A DNA stretch of 64,000 nt, taken from an uncultured Planctomycetota bacterium. GTDB lineage: Bacteria; Planctomycetota; Planctomycetia; Isosphaerales; Isosphaeraceae. Positions 12,287-19,458 of this stretch are shown here, in pieces. Each line of letters opens with the position of its first letter. The stretch's first letter is position 1. The stretch lies in NCBI GenBank assembly GCA_963845755.1, contig CAWJTV010000018.1, positions 64,001 to 128,000 on the forward strand, given 5' to 3'. A program made the position numbers and the translations under genes. A model generated the notes under the pieces. The model was not told the origin of the DNA, ran no database searches, and saw only the letters and a program-made list of their open reading frames with translations.

Positions 12287-12934
12287 TTGGCGACCTTCAC
12301 CGGATACGACCAGGACCGCATCGTCTTCGAGACGATCGCTGATGAGCGGGCCCCCGGCTTGCTACTCCTGATCCACGGGGCCGTCTTCGCAGGGGCACCT
12401 CTCTACGCCTCGGCACTGTACGGGCTGAAGGGGGCCTCAGCTTGGCTGCTCCTCGTCGTGGGAGTCCTGGCGGGCCTCGCCGAGACCGCCTTCGCCTCGA
12501 TCGTGCTGCTCAAATCCGAGTGGCTCGTCATCGACCTGCGGCGGCGGTCCTATACCGGGCATCGCGGGGTCTTGTTCTGGGGCGACAAGTGGTCCGGGCC
12601 CATCGGCGACTTCCATCATATCCGGCTGAGTGAGGTCCCTCGCGGGCGACATGGCCGTCATCGCCGCCTGGTCGTCGAATGGGTCTGGGCCGAGCCGGGA
12701 CGCCCTCCGTTCCGCGTCACCGGCTGGGGCCGCCTCAAGTCCTTCCGTATCACCCGATGTCCGCAGGGGGGTGACGGTCGAGGATTCCTGCGGGATCTCC
12801 GCGCCGTCGCTGAGGATGTGGGCCTCCCGTTGGTCGTCCCGGAGCGATATGTCGATGGCCTCGGCGTCAACGACCGGGAAGTCGACGGCCCGGCTAACAA
12901 GGCGATGCAGCGGACCCGCTGCGCGGGCCGCTGA
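12287..12934 (+). CDS. Cassette 1: hypothetical membrane protein (2 TM)
   Basis: TTG start after a GGAG RBS; ORF reads into the attC. Confidence 0.7.
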   Translation: MATFTGYDQDRIVFETIADERAPGLLLLIHGAVFAGAPLYASALYGLKGASAWLLLVVGVLAGLAETAFASIVLLKSEWLVIDLRRRSYTGHRGVLFWGDKWSGPIGDFHHIRLSEVPRGRHGRHRRLVVEWVWAEPGRPPFRVTGWGRLKSFRITRCPQGGDGRGFLRDLRAVAEDVGLPLVVPERYVDGLGVNDREVDGPANKAMQRTRCAGR

Positions 12935-12950
12935 TCTTGCGTCGTTAGGC
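12892..12950 (+). repeat. attC site (59 bp)
   Basis: GGCTAAC...GCAGCGGACCCGCtgcGCGGGCCGCTGA...GTTAGGC. Confidence 0.92.
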
Positions 12951-12967
12951 GGCTTACCGGAGGCACT

Positions 12968-13471
12968 ATGAACTACAAGCAAATAGCCTCGCGTCTCACC
13001 GGCATCAGTTGTCCCGTCTTCGGCGTTTCGTGGAATCCCCCGGCCACAGAGGTCGATGTCGCCCAGCGAGTCCTTTCGTTTCTCGAAGACCGCCGTGTAC
13101 TCTACAACGAGTACGAGATGGAGTTGCCTGACCATTGCATGATGTCGGTCATCGACATTCGCCGCTTTCTCACTGACGTTCTTGGCCGCCTTCCCAACAA
13201 GCAAGGGCTTCCGGCCCATCTGCGTATGATGCGTGCAGCTTGTCGTCAGTTCCTGGACAAGAATGGCGGCGAACGATTCCGCGATCACCAACCGCACATG
13301 TTTGGTGGCCCGGAGACGTGGGTTTTTGCCAGCGCACTTGGCGATCTCCGAACCACAATCGGGCTACACGTGGGAATCGTCTGCACCATGTATGGCCTTG
13401 GCGTCGAGGGCGACCTTGCGAAGATACTCCCCCCGCTGCCGAATGACGATAACGAGGAGGCCGATGCCTAA
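12968..13471 (+). CDS. Cassette 2: conserved hypothetical protein (DUF6650-like, from recall)
   Basis: IASRLTGISCPVFGVSWNPP...FLEDRRVLYN; GGAGG RBS; stop TAA lies inside the attC R'' box. Confidence 0.8.
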   Translation: MNYKQIASRLTGISCPVFGVSWNPPATEVDVAQRVLSFLEDRRVLYNEYEMELPDHCMMSVIDIRRFLTDVLGRLPNKQGLPAHLRMMRAACRQFLDKNGGERFRDHQPHMFGGPETWVFASALGDLRTTIGLHVGIVCTMYGLGVEGDLAKILPPLPNDDNEEADA

Positions 13472-13525
13472 CAGGCGGTTGCAGCGGACCCGCCTGCGGC
13501 GGGCCGCTGAACCTTTTCGTTAGGC
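13466..13525 (+). repeat. attC site (60 bp)
   Basis: GCCTAAC...GTTAGGC with the conserved internal palindrome. Confidence 0.92.
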
Positions 13526-13545
13526 GGCAGTGTGGAGGCGACGCT

Positions 13546-13812
13546 ATGCGGTCGGCCACCCGATCTTCTCTATTCGTGGTCGCGTGGTCGGTCGGGCTGG
13601 CCTCGCGCTACGCGAACCGCGGTGATCCTCAGTGGGCCACGAAGTTGCGGGTGGCGTGCCTGTTCTTCGTCCTCGGAGGAGCCTTGCTCTGGTCGATCCA
13701 GAAGATCTCCAAGCGGCCGTGGCCTTGGTTCGTAGAAGGCATCGCACTACCGTTCGTCGCCGGCGGCTTGATCTACGGGATCGTCGCCGTACGCAACGCG
13801 TTCAGGGGATAG
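13546..13812 (+). CDS. Cassette 3: small 3-TM membrane protein
   Basis: Hydrophobic ORF with GGAGG RBS between two attC sites. Confidence 0.65.
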   Translation: MRSATRSSLFVVAWSVGLASRYANRGDPQWATKLRVACLFFVLGGALLWSIQKISKRPWPWFVEGIALPFVAGGLIYGIVAVRNAFRG

Positions 13813-13816
13813 CTTT

Positions 13817-13874
13817 GTCTAACAATGCGATGCAGCGGACCCGCTGTGCGGGCCGCTGATCTTGGGCGTTAGCC
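13817..13874 (+). repeat. attC site (58 bp)
   Basis: GTCTAAC...GTTAGCC. Confidence 0.92.
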
Positions 13875-13886
13875 AGCGGAGGGCTC

Positions 13887-14162
13887 ATGGCCGACGATCT
13901 TGTGCACCTCCTGCTCGACATCAAGCTCGCCGGCGACGGGTTCGCATCGCCGGACGAGTTTGATCTCCGGGACCGGCTCGTTGAGCGGATCGAGCGACTG
14001 GGCATCGGTGAGGTCGGCGGCTATGGCTCGGGAGTCGGCGGCATGGACATCTCCGTGCTCGTCGCTGATGAAGCTGAAGGTCGGGGGCGGCTGAGTCGAA
14101 CTCATGCAGGAGGTCGCGCCGGATGCTCGCTTCACCATCGAGGTACTTGCAGACGAGGATGA
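13887..14162 (+). CDS. Cassette 4: small acidic hypothetical protein (possible frameshift near 14095)
   Basis: GGAGG RBS; MADDLVHLLLDIKLAGDGFASPDEFDLRDRL... Confidence 0.65.
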   Translation: MADDLVHLLLDIKLAGDGFASPDEFDLRDRLVERIERLGIGEVGGYGSGVGGMDISVLVADEAEGRGRLSRTHAGGRAGCSLHHRGTCRRG

Positions 14163-14163
14163 C

Positions 14164-14224
14164 GGCTAACGAGGCGATGCAGCGGACCCGCCTGTCGGCG
14201 GGCCGCTGATCTATGGCGTTAGCC
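14164..14224 (+). repeat. attC site (61 bp)
   Basis: GGCTAAC...GTTAGCC. Confidence 0.92.
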
Positions 14225-14234
14225 GGCGTGGGTC

Positions 14235-14564
14235 ATGACACACGATATCGAGGCCGAGTTGACCCTCCTTCCGACCGAGCACGGCGGGCGCCACCTTCCA
14301 GTGTCCTCCGGCTACCGCCCCCAGTTCTATTACAGCGGCCACGACTGGGACGCGGTCCATACATACGTCGATGTCACGGAAGCCCGTCCCGGCGATACCG
14401 TCACCGTCCGGTTGTCCTTCCTTAGCCCGGAAGCGCACGCGGGCAGGATCTTCGCCGGCATGCCGTTCCTCGTGCGCGAGGGTAATCGGGTCGTCGGATA
14501 TGGTCGCGTGACTCGCATCCTTGACTTGGAGGCGGCACATCGACAATCTTCGAAGGAGGGCTAA
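14235..14564 (+). CDS. Cassette 5: stand-alone EF-Tu C-terminal (domain III)-like protein
   Basis: IEAELTLLPTEHGGRHLPVSSGYRPQFYY...PGDTVTV...FLVREGNRVVGYGRVTRI parallels EF-Tu [29 protein letters not shown]...PGDN...FAIREGGRTVGAGVV; no GTPase domain. Confidence 0.85.
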   Translation: MTHDIEAELTLLPTEHGGRHLPVSSGYRPQFYYSGHDWDAVHTYVDVTEARPGDTVTVRLSFLSPEAHAGRIFAGMPFLVREGNRVVGYGRVTRILDLEAAHRQSSKEG

Positions 14565-14616
14565 CAAAGCGATGCAGCGGACCCGCTGCGCGGGCCGCTG
14601 AATTTGGGCGTTAGCC
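14559..14616 (+). repeat. attC site (58 bp)
   Basis: GGCTAAC...GTTAGCC. Confidence 0.92.
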
Positions 14617-14641
14617 AGCATTCCGATTGCACGGGGGGGAC

Positions 14642-15021
14642 ATGAGGGCCGATGATGACCCGTACTTCACGGCGACCGACAAGGCCAAGCCGCATCCGCC
14701 CCGCGGCATGGCGCAGCTCGTGGTGCGAATCCCTTGGTGCCTCTCCTGGGTCGCCGTGGCGCTCCTGTCTATGCAGGTGTTCGTCTCGCCGATCATCTAC
14801 CAGTCGCGGCTGGCGACCGGGGCCTATATCATGACGGAGATCGGGGCCGGGGCGGCTCGGTGCCATCTCGGCCTTCGGCGTGCTGGCCATCCGACTGGTG
14901 CGTTCAGGAGGCTCGCCCGATCCGTACACGAGGAGACTGGCTTGGTCGATACTGAGGGGCCTGCTGGTTGTCATCCTCATAATGACGGGGCTCGAGGTCG
15001 CCTGAGGGAGGCCCCGGCTAA
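14642..15021 (+). CDS. Cassette 6: hypothetical membrane protein, probable frameshift
   Basis: Hydrophobic N-terminal half in ORF 14627-15073; hydrophobic reading resumes in another frame ending at the R'' TAA. Confidence 0.5.
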
Positions 15022-15075
15022 CAAGGCGATGCAGCGGACCCCGCTGCGCGGGGCCGCTGATCTGGGGCGTTAGAC
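15016..15075 (+). repeat. attC site (60 bp)
   Basis: GGCTAAC...GTTAGAC. Confidence 0.92.
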
Positions 15076-15084
15076 GGTGGGGCA

Positions 15085-15420
15085 ATGAGCGTCAGCGACG
15101 ATCTTGACCGGTTGTTTCCAGGCCACCGCTCGCCCGAGCGGGTTGCCGATTGGGAGGCGCTCGAGCAGCGCCTTGCCTACGGGCAGTCCGTCACTGGTAC
15201 GGTCGTCGTCAAATCCCCGTTCGGGGCGTGGGTCGACCTCGGCGTCGGTTTCCCTGCCCTGCTGGAGATCATCGTCATTGTGGGCCTGACGCCCGAGAAA
15301 TATCGTGCGGGTGACTGGTGCCCTGTCGGTAGCGAAGTCTCGGCGTTTGTCGGTGGATTCCGCGATGACTCTCATCAGATAGGGCTGTGGCAGGTGCCGG
15401 TCGGCCATGGCCGCGTCTAA
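15085..15420 (+). CDS. Cassette 7: stand-alone S1 RNA-binding (OB-fold)-like protein
   Basis: WEALEQRLAYGQSVTGTVVVKSPFGAWVDLGVGFPALLEI resembles the S1 repeat motif (GxxVxGxV...FGAFVDLG..GLLHI). Confidence 0.7.
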   Translation: MSVSDDLDRLFPGHRSPERVADWEALEQRLAYGQSVTGTVVVKSPFGAWVDLGVGFPALLEIIVIVGLTPEKYRAGDWCPVGSEVSAFVGGFRDDSHQIGLWQVPVGHGRV

Positions 15421-15473
15421 CTCCGCGTTGCAGTGGACCCGCCTGCGGCGGGCCGCTGAACTTTCCGTTAGGC
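15415..15473 (+). repeat. attC site (59 bp)
   Basis: GTCTAAC...GTTAGGC. Confidence 0.92.
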
Positions 15474-15492
15474 TGCGGAGGCGCAGCGGGTT

Positions 15493-15810
15493 GTGGAGTG
15501 GCTCGTGCCATGGCATTCTGTCGCTGATGATCCAGCCTAGGTGGAGGGCATGGTACGTGAGTTACTCCGCGAGCTTGCTGAAGGTCACCCGCTCTACCGC
15601 CTCCCGGTGCGGACGTGGGGTCGCAGGCAGGACCGCGACGACGTGCTGTTCGCCATAGAAGATGGTAGCGGGCGCGTCGCGGTCGTCCATCTGGCGTGGA
15701 CTTGGAATCCACCCGATCCTCCGCCCTGGCCATGGACCATGCTGTATCGAAGCTTCGATGCGTGGATCGTCGAGGGTGTGCGCCGCGATTACGACGAGTT
15801 GCATGCCTAA
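15493..15810 (+). pseudogene. Cassette 8: small hypothetical protein with an in-frame TAG at 15538-15540
   Basis: GTG GAG TGG...GCC TAG GTG GAG GGC ATG, in frame with ORF 15541-15810 (ELLRELAEGHPLY...DDVLF...RVAVVHLAW). Confidence 0.55.
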
Positions 15811-15862
15811 CCTGCGGTGGCAGCGGACCCGCTCCGCGGGCCGCCGATCTTGGGCGTGAGGT
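15805..15862 (+). repeat. attC site (58 bp), degenerate R' (GTGAGGT)
   Basis: GCCTAAC...GCAGCGGACCCGCtccGCGGGCCGCCGA...GTGAGGT. Confidence 0.8.
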
Positions 15863-15882
15863 GGCGACAGGAGACACTCGGA

Positions 15883-15911
15883 TTGTGGCTCGCGCGGGCG
15901 TGATGTACGCT
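15883..15911 (+). promoter_or_regulatory. Candidate internal cassette promoter TTGTGG-17-TACGCT
   Basis: -10 box ends 6 nt before ATG 15918 (leaderless-type geometry). Confidence 0.4.
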
Positions 15912-15917
15912 GAGTGA

Positions 15918-16212
15918 ATGAGCCCGTCGATTCGAGAGGTCAACCCTGGCGAATTGCGGCTCCCACCGAGTCGGGCCAGCGGGGCCGACCCATGGAAGCT
16001 CCACCAGCAGATCCGACAATTTGGAGCGTCGAGGAACGGGATGCCCCCGATCCTTGTACGAGGATCCGGACGGCATCTTGGAGATCTCCGACGGGGTCAC
16101 CCGCGCCACCCGGATCGCCAAGCTGGCACCAGACCAGACAGTCCCGATCGTGGTGATCGGTCAGTATCGACGAAGCCGGGCAGGCTCCCCTTGCGTGAGG
16201 GACCGGTTATGA
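15918..16212 (+). CDS. Cassette 9a: small ParB/Sulfiredoxin-like protein (frameshift near 16055)
   Basis: IREVNPGELRLPPSR...GMPPIL / YEDPDGILEISDGVTRATRIAKL: PPI...(I)xDGxxR pattern of the ParB/Srx fold. Confidence 0.6.
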
Positions 16213-16434
16213 GCGAGAGCGATACCCGTGTGGAATTGTTCGCCGCCCTCCAGGAATTGTCCGAGGTCATCCCCGAGATGCGGTCCGGCCAGCTCGTGGC
16301 GGCGGTCGGGGAGCTGTGCGCCGATCTCCACGGGCGCGGCCTCTGGGACGCCGCCGACGGCGAGTTGCTCAAGGCCGTATGGCTGTTCCGCCGCAACTAT
16401 GAGGCGGCTCTTACCCCGAGCCGGGACGATACCT
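16209..16434 (+). CDS. Cassette 9b: small helical hypothetical protein; native stop displaced by IS insertion
   Basis: ATGA overlap with 9a; MSESDTRVELFAALQELSEVIPEMRSGQLV...; removing the IS restores in-frame ACC TAA. Confidence 0.7.
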
Positions 16435-16737
16435 TCTATGAACCCGCTGAAGTCAAGCCCCCCGACTGATTTTTTCCGGGCGTCCCGCGGGGCGCGGACA
16501 GCGATCGCTCCGAGTCCGACAGCGTATGTCCTGGCTCCCCGTTTGCGGGGAGCCAGGACACACGCTGTCTCTCGTTCTCCAGACAACGCCGGTGGTCCTG
16601 CGATCGACACTCTCCTTGTCCTTCTCGAAGAACTCCCGAGACCGCGGCTGGTGGCTTCGTCACGCGCGTCGCGCCTGCCAGGAGGCCGCGACCACCTTCT
16701 CTCCGTGTGGATCCTCACTCAAGGGACCGAGCACCCG
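16435..16737 (-). ncRNA. Candidate bridge/seekRNA region of IS copy 1
   Basis: Non-coding, structured, conserved in both IS copies, and 3' of the transposase as in IS1111-group elements; guide loops not assigned. Confidence 0.55.
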
Positions 16738-17950
16738 TTACTCTGTTCGTCCGCGGACGACTCCGAAGCCAGGTGTGGGGACAAACCCATCTAACTCACG
16801 GTCGGCTGCCGCCGACCAGGCGCTTTCCGCCCCCTCGGGGACCTCGCCCTGCTCCAGGTATCGCCACAGCGCGATCAACAACTTGCGGGCCAGGGCCACA
16901 ATCCCCACCTTGCGCCGCCGCGTTGCCCTCGCCGAACCGACGCTGATACCACTGGCTCAAGGCGCTGTGGAGCTGCCAGTGCAGCCAGCCCCAGGCGATC
17001 TCCACCGCCATCCACCGCAGACGACAGTTCCCCGCCTTGCTGATCCCTTGCTCGCGCTGACCGTCGCCACTGGCGTACGGCGTCGGGGCCAAACCGGCGA
17101 GGCTCGCCAGCTCGCGGCGGTTCTGGATCTGCCGCCAGCCGAAGAACTCGCGGACGAACCGCGTCGCGCTCATCGGACCGATCGCCTTGAGGTTCAGCAG
17201 CAGCCGCGGCTTCTCGACGTCGGCCGTCGCGTCGTCGCGGAACGCTCGCCGCTGGGCGTTCTCCAGGTCGCGCACCTGGCGGTCCACCAGTGTCCATCGC
17301 TTGAACTCGCGGCGGATGCGGGCACTCAGCTCGGCCGGGACCGGCCTGCCGTCCCATTGGCGAAGTTGGCCGAGGCGTTCCGGCAACGGGTCATCGACCA
17401 CGACGTCAAGGCCGAGGTTGGCGAGGAGTCCCTTGATGCGATTGGAGTGCTCGGTGCGCTGGCCCTTGACGGCGATCAGCTCGCGGTGGGGCTGACGGCG
17501 GTCCTCATCGTCGGGGGTGGGGATGCGGACGACGCTCCAGAGCTTGTGCTCGCCGCCGTGATAACGGATCAACATCGTCAGGAGCTTGCCGACGTCGAGC
17601 CGATCGCTCTTGGCGCGACGCGCGCGGCGGTTGACCTCGATGCTGGCGGCGTCAACGACGAGGTTCGTGACTGCGTGATGTTGGAGATCGCGATGGAGCC
17701 AGAAGCCGTCGCGGCCGGCCTCGTAGCAGGAGACGAGGGGGACATCGCCGGAAAGGGCGAAGCGTTGCCTGGCGAGGAGGATCTCGCGCTGGAGACCTTC
17801 GAGATCGCGAGCGGGGATGGTGCGGAGCCGCGGCTTCTGGGCCATGGCGGTGGTGAAGGCGAGGTTCAAGGACGTCCAGCCGAGGTCGAAGGCGAGGAAG
17901 AGCGTGTTCGAGGCGGTGGTGGTAGGATGAAGGTCGTGGGTCGCTGACAT
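16738..17950 (-). CDS. IS110-family transposase/recombinase (frameshift near 16915 before RKVGIVALARKLLIALWRYL)
   Basis: DEDD motifs AFDLG, YEAGRDGFWLHR, KSDRLD; C-terminal GLAPTPYASG...GISKAGN. Confidence 0.92.
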
Positions 17951-18050
17951 GGTAAGACTCCGAGGTTGAGAGGGATTTGGTGAAAGACCTCTTCTGAGGA
18001 GCTTACCGTCGGCGGCTCACCGTTTTCAGCCCGGTCGCTCCGGACATAGT

Positions 18051-18100
18051 ATCTAACCAGGCGATGCAGCGGACCCGGCCCGCTGAGCTTGACGTTAGGC
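18051..18100 (+). repeat. attC site (50 bp; R'' ATCTAAC partly supplied by the IS end)
   Basis: ATCTAAC caggcgatGCAGCGGACCCggcCCGCTGA...GTTAGGC. Confidence 0.85.
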
Positions 18101-18111
18101 GGCTTCGAGCG

Positions 18112-18357
18112 ATGGCTCGTGAAGACGTGAAGCTCGACATCCTGCGGCTGGTCGCCCGCCATGACGGAGAGTGGTTCTGGTATCACATCGATCGCGCACT
18201 CAGCGGCGCTCGCATCGGATGCGTCGGCCCCTTCACGGCCGAGATCGGTGATTTGGAGTCCGCAGGACTGATCGAGACCCGCCCGAACTTCGCGCTTGGC
18301 GATCAGGGGCGTTACTGGCGAACTGAGGCGGGACGCGCGGCGGTCGCGGACGCCTAA
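18112..18357 (+). CDS. Cassette 10: small winged-helix-like hypothetical protein
   Basis: KLDILRLVARHDGEWFWYHIDRAL...LESAGLIE...RYWRTEAGRA (wHTH-type ending). Confidence 0.65.
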   Translation: MAREDVKLDILRLVARHDGEWFWYHIDRALSGARIGCVGPFTAEIGDLESAGLIETRPNFALGDQGRYWRTEAGRAAVADA

Positions 18358-18449
18358 TCGGCGCGGCAGGGGACCTGAACCGCCACAGCACTTAAGGATG
18401 CGAACGAACTCATCTCGGTGGCCCCGGACACTGGCCCAAGTGGTCATGC
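18352..18449 (+). repeat. Degenerate long attC-like site (~98 bp)
   Basis: GCCTAAT at the gene stop ... GTCATGC followed by ggc; position fits a cassette boundary. Confidence 0.4.
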
Positions 18450-18457
18450 GGCTTCCA

Positions 18458-18485
18458 TTGCTGGTCGGTCCGATCGCGGTATAAT
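18458..18485 (+). promoter_or_regulatory. Promoter of the TA cassette (TTGCTG-16-TATAAT)
   Basis: Consensus -10 upstream of GGAGG RBS and ATG 18502. Confidence 0.65.
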
Positions 18486-18501
18486 GTTGGGGGAGGTGTC
18501 C

Positions 18502-18721
18502 ATGATCCAGACAGTTGAAGCGGTGGTCAACGCGACCGGCCACGTGCGATTGCTCGGCGAAGTGCGAGTCGAACGCGCCCCGTCGGGCTTTGGTGACCGT
18601 GCTCGAAGAGCCGGCCGCTGTACCCGGTGAGGCGGCGCTGCTGGCCGAGGCGGCCTTGGCCGCCGATTGGTCGAGGCCGGAGGAGGATGCCGCGTGGTCG
18701 TACCTTCAGCCGGCGAAGTAG
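18502..18721 (+). CDS. Cassette 11a: putative antitoxin (frameshift near 18575)
   Basis: MIQTVEAVVNATGHVRLLGEVR / PRRALVTVLEE...ALAADWSRPEEDAAWSYL; overlaps the MazF-like gene. Confidence 0.7.
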
Positions 18722-19038
18722 TGCTGGTCCCGTTCCCCTTCTCGGACCTGTCGCAGTCCAAGTTGCGGCCGGCAGTCTGCCTGGCCCCCGCCGGCCGGGG
18801 CGACTGGGTGCTCTGCCAGATCACGAGTAGTCCCTACGGCGATCCCTCGGCGGTGCCGTTGGACGCAACGGACTTCACCACGGGCGGGCTGCTGGTGGCG
18901 AGTTTCGCCCGGCCGGGTAAGCTCTTCACCGCCAGCGTCGGCCTCATGGTGAAATCGGTCGGCATTCTTTCTCCCGCTGCGCTGGCCCGGGTACTTTCGG
19001 TGGTCGCTGCACTCTTCCAGCCACCTTCGGGGCCCTGA
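18694..19038 (+). CDS. Cassette 11b: PemK/MazF-family endoribonuclease toxin
   Basis: GEVVLVPFPFSDLSQSKLRPAVCL...VLCQITS motif. Confidence 0.9.
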   Translation: MVVPSAGEVVLVPFPFSDLSQSKLRPAVCLAPAGRGDWVLCQITSSPYGDPSAVPLDATDFTTGGLLVASFARPGKLFTASVGLMVKSVGILSPAALARVLSVVAALFQPPSGP

Positions 19039-19039
19039 C

Positions 19040-19098
19040 GCCTAACGAGGCGATCCAGCGGACCCGCTGGCGCGGGCCGCTGATCTTTAACGTTAGGA
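19040..19098 (+). repeat. attC site (59 bp)
   Basis: GCCTAAC...GTTAGGA. Confidence 0.9.
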
Positions 19099-19117
19099 AG
19101 CAAGAAAAGGGGCTGGC

Positions 19118-19453
19118 ATGAAAGCCTTCGTGGTGTCTCTCAACGGCCAACCGTTCGTGACAGCCGGGGTCGGTGATGATGGCGTCCTCGCCACAGGGCT
19201 CAGCTGGGTCGGTGGCTCCCCACCACGTCCCGTCGAGGGCCGGCTAGATTTTCGCGTGGGCGGCGTTGACGGGCGCACTGGGGAGCACATCAATTGGTCG
19301 GTCCCCGAGATCGGCGTTGGCGACGAGATCACGATCAAGGTCATCGAGACGGCTCAGGTGACGCCTGAAGACGAGCGCTACCGCTTCGACGAGTCGAACT
19401 GCCATATCGGCGTCAGGGGCGAAGAGACCGAGGCGGGAGAAGAGGAGCCTTGA
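19118..19453 (+). CDS. Cassette 12: small beta-rich hypothetical protein
   Basis: MKAFVVSLNGQPFVTAGVGDDGVL...GDEITIKVIE; followed by IS copy 2. Confidence 0.75.
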   Translation: MKAFVVSLNGQPFVTAGVGDDGVLATGLSWVGGSPPRPVEGRLDFRVGGVDGRTGEHINWSVPEIGVGDEITIKVIETAQVTPEDERYRFDESNCHIGVRGEETEAGEEEP

Positions 19454-19458
19454 GTTCT

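Larger units (their letters stand above)
16435..18054 (-). mobile_element. IS110-family element (IS1111-like layout), copy 1, inserted in attC R''
   Basis: CT at 16433-34 and 18053-54 flanks the element; short subterminal IR CTATG/CATAG; transposase plus ~300-nt 3' non-coding region. Confidence 0.9.

Noticed and set aside
14235..14564. Calling this gene tuf
   Set aside because: Only a domain III-like barrel of 109 aa; no GTPase domain nearby
16526..17947. 473-aa and 506-aa (19450-20970) plus-strand ORFs
   Set aside because: Antisense shadows of the IS110 transposases in GC-rich DNA
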